Source: Octopus sinensis
Taxonomy: Eukaryota
DNA: 64,000 bases
Reading direction: 5' to 3'
NCBI RefSeq assembly: GCF_006345805.1
Contig: NC_042998.1
Location: 49,538,001 to 49,602,000 of the forward strand
In this document: piece after piece, positions 58,942-64,000 of the stretch
How positions within the stretch are numbered: the first letter of the stretch is position 1
Layout: every line of letters begins with the position of its first letter
Position numbers and translations under genes: made by a program
The notes under the pieces: generated by a model
Told to the model about the DNA's origin: nothing
Seen by the model: only the letters and a program-made list of their open reading frames with translations
Database searches by the model: none

Positions 58942-61890
58942 GTGTGTATATATTTGTGTGTCTGTGTTTGTCCCCCCCAACATTGCTTGACAACCGATGC
59001 TGGTATGTTTACGTCCCTGCAACTTACTGGCTCGGCAAAAGAGACCAATAGAATAAATACTAAGCTTATAACGATTAAGTCCTGGGGTCAATTTGCTCGA
59101 CTAAAGGTGGTGCTCCAGCATGGCCACAGTCAAATGACTGAATCAAGTAAATGAGTAAGTTAAGTATGTTAGTTGCTGTTGTTAAACCCTTGTCAGACCT
59201 ATAAACAAAAGCAACCTAAATTTCACAATTTTATCCTTTTAACCCTTTTGATACCAACCTGCCTGAAACTGCCCAGGGTCTGATAAAACTGTTGTAATTT
59301 AGATTACTATTTTAACCCTTTCGTTACCAACCCGGGTGAAACTGGCTCTGGTTCTGAGTACAAATGTCTTGTCTTCAAAAGTTTTTAATTAAAATCTTCC
59401 ACCAAACCTTAGTCACAATTTATATTCCTGACACTAGCTGAATGATAACTAAGTTATTTTACTAAATTCTTTGCTATATTTAAAGTATTAGAAAAAAAAC
59501 TTAGAGCATCTCAAAATAAATACAGTAACGAAAGGGTTAAGGTATCTAAATTAAAACTTTCCTTAAAAATTTCATGTGAGTCTATGATCCAATCACCTGC
59601 TTAATAATAACACAGCTATTTCACTAAATTCTTAATTGTTTACGAAAATAATTGTAACAAAAGCTATGTATTTCAACAGAAATATAATAACAAAAAAGGG
59701 TACTGCCTCAAAGAGTTATAGACAAACCAATGAATTCTGGGACTTATTTTTAAAGCTTGGTGCTTATTTCATTGGTCTATTTAGTCAAACTGCTATGTTA
59801 CAGGGATGTAAACAAAGGAACACTGGTTGTCAAGCAAGGGGGTAGGGAAAGCCATTATAAAAATCTACTTTGTTATAAAAATCTACACACACATACATGC
59901 ACATGCACATACCTATGTGTGCATGTGTATATAAAGAAGCAAACACCAGATGGATAGTGGTTCGCTCACTACAACCGTTTCAGATATGTTTTTATATTGA
60001 TGTTATTACATCATGTGAAAAATAACCCATTTACATCAGGTAAAGAAATGCAAAAATTAAACATTTAAAAAAAAATATCCCACAAATCCAAGCATGTGTA
60101 ATTTCATGACTCTCTGGTGAACTTTGGTTACCTGACGAAAATGTTTTTTTTTTTTGCACTTTTATTCATCAATAAAAATCATGCCTGAAACAGCTGTAGT
60201 GAGTGAACCACTATCCAACTGTTGTTATTTGTTTATTATTCACCTTACTCGGAATCAGTAATTAGCGTGAATCTGGAGTCTATTGAGTGCAGTACAACTG
60301 GGACAGTGTTTGTACCTAGGTGCAGCCTTGAGATTTGTGGTGTATTCAGTTGGATGTTTGTGATTGTACATGCAACTTGAATATAAATCTGTCTTTACTT
60401 TGGTATGCACGTATATGTTTCTCTAATGTTGTTTTGTACATGATAGTGATCTTATTGACCTGTCGTTAATGCTTTACTATTTAAGGGGCTGATTCATTTG
60501 AATAATAATAATAATAATAATAATGAAATTATTGTATACAGTGCTCAGGTGCACCACAACTTATCAAAAGTGCATATAAAGCATATGCAGTAATGTACAA
60601 ATGTCTGGGAAGTGAACAGTGTATGAGTCAGATACATGCTTGCGTGAATATGGAGGAGAGAAAATCAGGTGTAGTGTTGGCGAATTTCAGGAAGCATGGA
60701 AGTTTTGAATGATACAGTGCTTCGACAACTAATAACTGATGCTGGCAGTTTGTTCCATACTTCAGCAACTCTTAGCATGAAAAAATGTTTCTGAAAGTCA
60801 TGGGAGCTGTGCTGTTTTCTGACTTTGTAAACATGTCCACAGGTGTTAGACAGGTGGAGTTTGAAAAGGTGCTCACAGTTATTGTTAGTAAGATGGTTAA
60901 TAATTTTATGGGTGTCTGCTGCCAGACATCGGAGTTTCAATGTATCCATGCCCAGGGAAGCAAGGCGTTCAGAATATGGCAAATGCCTGATGGAGGGTAT
61001 TCTCTTGGTTGCATGTTGCTGAATGGTTTCCAGATGATTAATATCATGGGCAAGATAGGGGTTCCAGACCGGTGATGCAAATTCCAGGTGAGGCTGCACC
61101 ATAGCTATATAAAGCCTCAACTTTAATACACACACACACACATGCGCATTCAACAGGCTTCTGCATAGTCTCCATCTATCAAATTCACTCACAAGGCATT
61201 AGTTGGACAGGGACTATTGTAGAAGACACTTCCCCAAGATGCCATATCTTAAGCTATTGACTTACATTAAACAGATTGGTGGTAGAAAGACTAGTAAAAC
61301 ATAATAGAATTACCTTGTTTTGGATGAGATTTAGTAGATAGAACAGAAATTCTCTTCAGGAAAAACTTGAACTGATGATAACCTTTAACAACCACCCCAT
61401 GTGTTTTTGTTGCGAGTGAGTTGGTTGGATTATTTAGACTGTAAATGAGAGAGGAAAATGTCAAGCTAAAATCTGCCGTAGTTTAACTATGAATAAGTAA
61501 CTATTAAGTCTATGCGTTCATTCTCATTTCCTTCATCCCAGAATTTGAAGTTATTATGAAAAGTTTAGGAAGTGTTACTCATAGGAGCTTTGAAGGATCG
61601 TATAGCTCATACAATCAAATACTTGTTGAATTTATTTAATTACTTTCTTTAGCGTATGGGAAAAGAAAGTTAGAAAACTAAACTGAAGAGTCAGTAAGCA
61701 AAAAGTTGTGGTTGGATTTTTTGGTAAGGCGATAATCAAACATTAAAAACACTGTCAAAAAGCAGTCACAGACTGAATTTACTCAAAAGACTTTTTTTAT
61801 TTTTTATTTTTCAGGTATTGAAAAACAAATGACTTTTAGAAAAAATGATGGTTCTTTTTCAACTTTTGAGAATACAGAATCAAGCACATG
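471..61890 (+). CDS. Multi-exon thioester-protein superfamily gene (TEP/A2M/C3-like), partial: MG2 to start of TED, thioester motif degenerate (GSGEQ)
   Basis: 19 GT-AG exons join in frame with matching phases. Family motifs occur in the expected order: DP...FGLWTV (MG2), FMVQEYIVPKF (MG2/MG3), [14 protein letters not shown]...MIP...YY (MG5), [12 protein letters not shown] (MG6b), [13 protein letters not shown] (MG7), [18 protein letters not shown]...STW (TED). No database search was run; subfamily is unresolved. Confidence 0.95.
2095..2377. repeat. Foldback, about 135-bp inverted arms with about 14-nt spacer
   Basis: ORFs 2103+ and 2232- encode near-identical peptides; arms align by eye. 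Confidence 0.9.
2541..2678 (+). CDS. TEP exon 2 (MG2): [46 protein letters not shown]
   Basis: ttttcag / gtaaat; 138 nt, phase 0-0; L...AP.G.W motif of MG2. Confidence 0.9.
5427..5730 (+). mobile_element. SINE family D (tRNA-like head; central CTGGCGTCCCATCCAGG...GAAACCGG segment); other copies about 9500-9780 (-), 14030-14330 (-), 51300-51545 (+), 53515-53760 (+)
   Basis: A/B-box-like head GGCCTAGTGATTAGAGC...GGTTTGAATC; reverse-complement match to 14030-14330. Confidence 0.7.
10312..10877 (+). mobile_element. Internally deleted mariner element (566 bp), copy 1
   Basis: TA-flanked TIRs TTGGGTTGTC...GACAACCCAA; transposase N-terminus [11 protein letters not shown] fused to C-terminus with YSPDIAPSD. 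Confidence 0.92.
11353..11395 (+). CDS. TEP exon 3 (micro-exon): [14 protein letters not shown](I)
   Basis: ttttgttttag / gtaagt; 43 nt, phase 0-1; completes the F.V.EY(V)LPKF motif with the next exon. Confidence 0.88.
12226..12632 (-). mobile_element. SINE family B, dimeric copy (period about 184 bp); a monomer follows at about 12915-13135
   Basis: Tandem body repeat; reverse complement of the 49165-49580 family. Confidence 0.8.
14452..14539 (+). CDS. TEP exon 4 (MG3): [28 protein letters not shown](R)
   Basis: ctttaag / gtaagt; 88 nt, phase 1-2; PKF.I.I...P motif. Confidence 0.9.
15183..15261 (+). CDS. TEP exon 5 (MG3): [26 protein letters not shown]
   Basis: atttcag / gtaaaa; 79 nt, phase 2-0; matches the Y.YGKPV.G motif. 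Confidence 0.9.
15598..15870 (-). mobile_element. Family C non-autonomous retroelement with (GAT)n tail; near-identical copy at 57755-57980, others at 16555-16890, 19290-19680, 44075-44520
   Basis: (CAT)n-CGTTTAACGTCC...CTGGATGCCCTTCCTAACGCCAACCAC shared by all copies. Confidence 0.75.
17661..18117 (+). mobile_element. RTE-like LINE insertion, 5'-truncated with inverted 5' segment, 13-bp TSD
   Basis: 17661-17820 encodes RT motif [20 protein letters not shown] on minus; 17822-18117 encodes the C-terminus ([11 protein letters not shown]...LLW) plus (ATG)n tail on plus; TGCTATATAAGCA at 17648-17660 and 18118-18130. Confidence 0.85.
18734..19180 (+). mobile_element. Tc1/mariner-superfamily remnant (transposase C-terminus)
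   Basis: ORF 18766-19098 has WP..S.DL..CDYFLWG.LK..VY...P.TLDDLK; possible termini TACAGGGT / ACCCAGTA. Confidence 0.75.
19820..20330 (-). mobile_element. Decayed LINE endonuclease fragment (RTE-like)
   Basis: Minus strand gives broken VSVNSPT..KDKFY and ILNTF segments resembling APE endonuclease; frameshifted. Confidence 0.45.
21101..21271 (+). CDS. TEP exon 6 (MG3): [57 protein letters not shown]
   Basis: ttattaaag / gtaagt; 171 nt, phase 0-0; non-repetitive open frame with MG3-like G...F and V.V.E..T. Confidence 0.85.
23170..23277 (+). CDS. TEP exon 7 (MG4-like): [36 protein letters not shown]
   Basis: tatttttag / gtaagt; 108 nt, phase 0-0; open and non-repetitive, weak motif similarity. 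Confidence 0.7.
24627..25192 (+). mobile_element. Internally deleted mariner element (566 bp), copy 2
   Basis: Same TIRs, TA flanks, length and deletion junction as copy 1; [12 protein letters not shown]. Confidence 0.92.
25366..25431 (+). CDS. TEP exon 8 (MG5 start): [22 protein letters not shown]
   Basis: ttttgtacag / gtaaga; 66 nt, phase 0-0; VG...YY joins IISKG. Confidence 0.85.
29142..29327 (+). CDS. TEP exon 9 (MG5): IISKGKILL...[35 protein letters not shown]
   Basis: tttttgcag / gtaaaa; 186 nt, phase 0-0; S.G.I...M.P...LVYY motif. Confidence 0.93.
32760..33045 (+). mobile_element. Decayed RTE-like LINE 3' fragment
   Basis: KIRQQ.LR, LWN and [21 protein letters not shown] resemble the C-terminus of the 17.8-18.1 kb RTE piece. 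Confidence 0.55.
35529..37176. repeat. Near-perfect inverted duplication (35529-36050 / 36635-37176), 584-bp spacer
   Basis: Identical peptide MAETAVRCS... on opposite strands; only a few substitutions and (TA)n length differ. Confidence 0.92.
37261..38332. repeat. Direct tandem duplication, period 536 bp
   Basis: 37261-37796 repeated at 37797-38332, apparently identical, bounded by (TA)n. Confidence 0.92.
38346..39500 (+). mobile_element. CR1/L2-like LINE ORF2 fragment: endonuclease plus linker, frameshifted
   Basis: [51 protein letters not shown]. Confidence 0.88.
39921..40173. repeat. Near-perfect 253-bp palindrome
   Basis: ATAGAATGGTTGTATACTGTC...GACAGTATACAACCATTCTAT with a short central loop; mirror ORFs on both strands. 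Confidence 0.92.
40933..41076 (+). CDS. TEP exon 10 (MG6a/LNK): [48 protein letters not shown]
   Basis: ttttttcag / gtaagt; 144 nt, phase 0-0; Y.P....V.L..MDK matches PG...V.L.AVD.S. Confidence 0.9.
42506..42553 (+). CDS. TEP exon 11 (micro-exon, LNK): [16 protein letters not shown]
   Basis: catttctag / gtaagt; 48 nt, phase 0-0; placed by splice signals and position only. Confidence 0.65.
45068..45621 (+). mobile_element. Tigger/pogo-like non-autonomous DNA transposon
   Basis: TA|CAGTGATCCCT...AGGGATCACTG|TA; internal KKKQ..Q..IT.F resembles a Tigger C-terminus. Confidence 0.8.
45949..46071 (+). CDS. TEP exon 12 (LNK end / variable region): [41 protein letters not shown]
   Basis: strong ttttttcctttacag acceptor; donor gtatct is weak so the 3' end is uncertain; phase 0-0; contains KKKR. 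Confidence 0.65.
46351..46876. mobile_element. pogo/Tigger-type MITE
   Basis: TIRs CTGTAAATCCTCGA / TCAAGGATTTACAG; left TA flank, right flank imperfect. Confidence 0.65.
49056..49110 (+). CDS. TEP exon 13 (variable region): [18 protein letters not shown](Y)
   Basis: tttgtatctgcag / gtaagt; 55 nt; only the phase 0-1 frame is compatible with the next exon. Confidence 0.7.
49165..49580 (+). mobile_element. SINE family B, dimeric copy with 15-bp TSD
   Basis: tRNA-like head GGTGGCAAGCTGGCAGAAAC.TTAGC; body repeated twice; ATATATTGCTTCATT at 49150-49164 and 49581-49595. Confidence 0.85.
50331..50376 (+). CDS. TEP exon 14 (micro-exon): [14 protein letters not shown](R)
   Basis: ttgttttcag / gtaatg; 46 nt, phase 1-2; occupies the position of the YFPESW motif, which is degenerate here. 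Confidence 0.75.
51698..51890 (+). repeat. Unclassified interspersed repeat, copy 1 (hammerhead-core-like motifs)
   Basis: Reverse-complement homology to 54641-54963. Confidence 0.8.
52370..52598 (+). CDS. TEP exon 15 (MG6b/MG7): [54 protein letters not shown]...[10 protein letters not shown]
   Basis: tttcaacag / gtaagt; 229 nt, phase 2-0; LPD.LTTW, .CVA, F.V....P and L.NY motifs. Confidence 0.96.
52605..53105. repeat. (CAT)n low-complexity tract containing a 158-bp tandem duplication
   Basis: TGAAGTTATTATCATCATTATTGTCCTTGCTGTC at 52791 and 52949. Confidence 0.8.
53961..54215. mobile_element. hAT (Charlie-type) MITE
   Basis: TIRs CAATGGTTCTCAAC / GTTGAGAACCACTG; 8-bp flanks ATCTAATC / GTCCAATC (6 of 8 match). 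Confidence 0.7.
54342..54572 (+). CDS. TEP exon 16 (MG7): [77 protein letters not shown]
   Basis: ttgttcctag / gtaaat; 231 nt, phase 0-0; not in the ORF track (no Met start); V.V.L...CS and F.I.PL.LG...V.A motifs. Confidence 0.93.
54641..54963 (-). repeat. Unclassified interspersed repeat, copy 2 (about 130 bp longer internally)
   Basis: Shares GAGTTAGGCCTAACGATAACAA and GGGGTCATCAGG...GTTTC.GG.CCTAC with the reverse complement of copy 1. Confidence 0.8.
56699..56783 (+). CDS. TEP exon 17 (short CUB N-segment): [28 protein letters not shown](R)
   Basis: ttgtttaacag / gtatgt; 85 nt, phase 0-1, bridges exons 16 and 18 exactly; LP...VP motif. Confidence 0.8.
58403..58591 (+). CDS. TEP exon 18 (TED start, thioester region): [62 protein letters not shown](G)
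   Basis: ttattgcactag / gtaaag; 189 nt, phase 1-1; LI.M.YG[S]GEQN and KYL..T.Q motifs. Confidence 0.96.
59316..59536. mobile_element. piggyBac-type MITE (221 bp), nested in an older TTAA-type element
   Basis: TTAA|CCCTTTCGTTAC...GTAACGAAAGGG|TTAA. Confidence 0.85.
59947..60221. mobile_element. MITE-like element with about 40-bp TIRs
   Basis: CAGATGGATAGTGGTTCGCTCACTAC vs GTAGTGAGTGAACCACTATCCAACTG; no clear TSD. Confidence 0.6.
60501..61126 (-). mobile_element. CR1-like LINE 3' end with (ATT)n tail
   Basis: [34 protein letters not shown], followed by (ATT)n. Confidence 0.9.
61815..61890 (+). CDS. TEP exon 19 (TED): [24 protein letters not shown](W)
   Basis: ttatttttcag / gtaacg; 76 nt, phase 1-2; Q..FR..DGSFS.F...STW motif. 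Confidence 0.95.
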
Positions 61891-61959
61891 GTAACGATAA
61901 AAATTTCTGACTTTATTTTCAAAGATATCAATCATTTTTAATAGCAAAATGTTACTTAA

Positions 61960-62179
61960 CCCTTTTGTTACTGTATTTATTTTGAGATGCTCTGTTTCTT
62001 ACAATTAATTTTAAATATAACAAAGAATTTAGTAGAATAACGTAGTTATCATTCAGTTAGTGTTAGAAACATCAATTGTGACTAAGATTTAGTGGAAGAT
62101 TTTAATTCAAAACTTATGAAAACAAGACATTTGTACTATAGAGCCAGAGGCAGTTTCAGCCGGGTTGGTATCGAAAGGG
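61960..62179. mobile_element. piggyBac-type MITE (220 bp), same family, opposite orientation
   Basis: TTAA|CCCTTTTGTTAC...CGAAAGGG|TTAA; internal sequence is the reverse complement of 59316-59536. Confidence 0.85.
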
Positions 62180-62694
62180 TTAATGGTCAATATTACTTCA
62201 TGGAATTTCAGGCTTGGCTGGGTGGTTAAGAAGTTTATTTCCTAACCATTTGTTTCAGGTTCAGTCCCACTGTGTGGTATCCTGGATACATGTCTTCTAC
62301 TATAGCTCCGGGCTGACCAAAGCCTTGTGAGTGGGGCTTAGTCGGTAAAAACTGAAAGAATTCCATCACACACGCACACACACACATCTATGTATATATG
62401 TATATATATGTGTGTATGTGTGTGCATCTGAGTGTGTATTTGTGAGTGTCATTGTGTTTTTGTTTGACCCCCTCCCCACCACCACCACCACTACCACGAC
62501 CATATGACACCCAGTGTTGATTTGTTTATGAACCTGTGACTAAACAGTTTAGCAAAACGAGATCGACAGAATAAGTACCAGGCTTAAAAAAATATTTGCT
62601 GGAGTTGATTTGTTCAACTTCAAAGCAGGGCCTCAGCATAGCTGCAGTCGAATGACAGACACAAGATAAAATTAAGATGTGCTTATGTATATAA

Positions 62695-62725
<31 letters not shown>

Positions 62726-62919
62726 GTAAAAGCAATTAAGATTCAAGTCAGTTCTAATGAATTCACTTGAATGCGGTACTTAACTTAGATGCACCAGAAA
62801 ACTATATGGTATTAACCATACAATAATGTGGGGTGATTATAAACGAGAAAAAAGCAACAAATCCATTCTTGTTGCTTTTTTCTCGTTTATATATATATAT
62901 ATTATATATATATATATAT

Positions 62920-62956
<37 letters not shown>

Positions 62957-64000
62957 AATGGTAAGACAACAAAAGAATGAAAGAGACCTCGATATTATGA
63001 AAATAGACAAATTTATGTGTAAATATATGTGACAGTTATTTGGTAGCCATGATAAAACTCCGGGTTTTAGATGTTGGGGCGGAAGCTCACGCCGCCATCT
63101 CTTCAGTTGACCCCAGGACTTAATCTTTATAAGCTTAGTATTTATTCTATTGGTCTCTTTTGCAGGGATGTAAACATACCAGCATCAGTTGTCAAGTGAT
63201 GTTGGGGGGACAAACACAGACACACATACACACACACACATATATATACATATATATGATGGGCTTCTTTCAGTTTCCATCTACCAAATCCACTCACAAG
63301 ACTTTGGTCGGCCCAAGGCTATAGTAGAAGACACTTGCTCAAGGTGCCATGCTGTGGGACTGAACCCGAAACCAATGTAGTTATCAAAGTGTACAGGATG
63401 CATTTTATCATGGCACTAACACAAGAGGAGTTGCTATATCCTCAATAAAATTAATGGGTCCCCACCCCCATATCTCCATTTACCTGCCTCCTATTTTACA
63501 AAATATCATGCCAGGGTTGATTTATAGTGACACCAACAATAATGGGTTTGCTTCATACCTCTGAGATTAGAGAGTCTTTGCAATCCTATAGAGTGTTTGC
63601 TAACCCAGGGCTACATAGGTGAGGAGGTGAAAAAATGAGACAGAGATGACAGGAGATGGGATAAGTGTGTGATGCTAGAAACAGTGTTTGGGATGAGAGG
63701 GTGGTGGTAGAAGGAGTGAGAAGAAAGTGATGAACTATTTCAAAAGGATGTCTGTATAATAGGAATTTAAAATAGTATATTTCCCAGCTTGAGAGTCAAA
63801 ATTTACAGCCCAAAAATGGTGGGTTGACTTATAGACCAAGATGATTTTGAAGAACCAAAGATCTCATGTGAAATGCAACTAGATTTGGAATGATAGTAAT
63901 GCTATTTGAAAGCTTACACTACATATATACACTATATACAAAGCAGGATTTGATAAGATAGTGTAGAGGTTTGAATGTTTACACTAGAAGGTGCAGGCAT

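Larger units (their letters stand above)
1555..63375. repeat. SINE family A (tRNA-like head, CORE-like GCACCTTGGGCAAGTG segment, internal (TA)n/(TG)n cassette); about 30 copies in both orientations
   Basis: Shared head GGAGTGGCTGTGTGGTAAGTAGCTTGC...GGTTCAGTCCCAC and tail ...TGACTGAAACAAGTAAAAGAG. Examples: + 3820, 23530, 31490, 48183, 50462, 58713; - 11440, 20360, 34510, 41640, 51905, 56200. Boundaries approximate. Confidence 0.9.

Overview
AT-rich, microsatellite- and SINE-dense animal genomic DNA. The repeat families look octopod (inference from repeat content only). The whole window is the interior of one + strand gene of the thioester-protein superfamily (TEP / alpha-2-macroglobulin / complement C3). 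I could join 19 GT-AG exons (471 to 61890; 2,176 nt, about 725 codons) with matching phases and no stops. They run from MG2 through MG3-MG7 and a short CUB segment into the start of the thioester domain (TED); the gene starts before and ends after the window. The thioester motif reads GSGEQ instead of GCGEQ, so this protein cannot form the thioester. It has a KKKR putative processing site but no anaphylatoxin domain. The introns hold about 30 copies of one tRNA-type SINE, other SINEs, CR1 and RTE LINE fragments, and mariner, Tigger, hAT and piggyBac-type non-autonomous elements. They also hold several foldbacks and recent duplications, a 5'-inverted RTE insertion with a 13-bp TSD, and a repeat carrying all three hammerhead-ribozyme core strands in an unconventional order (speculative). 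Most ORFs in the supplied track are repeat or microsatellite artefacts.
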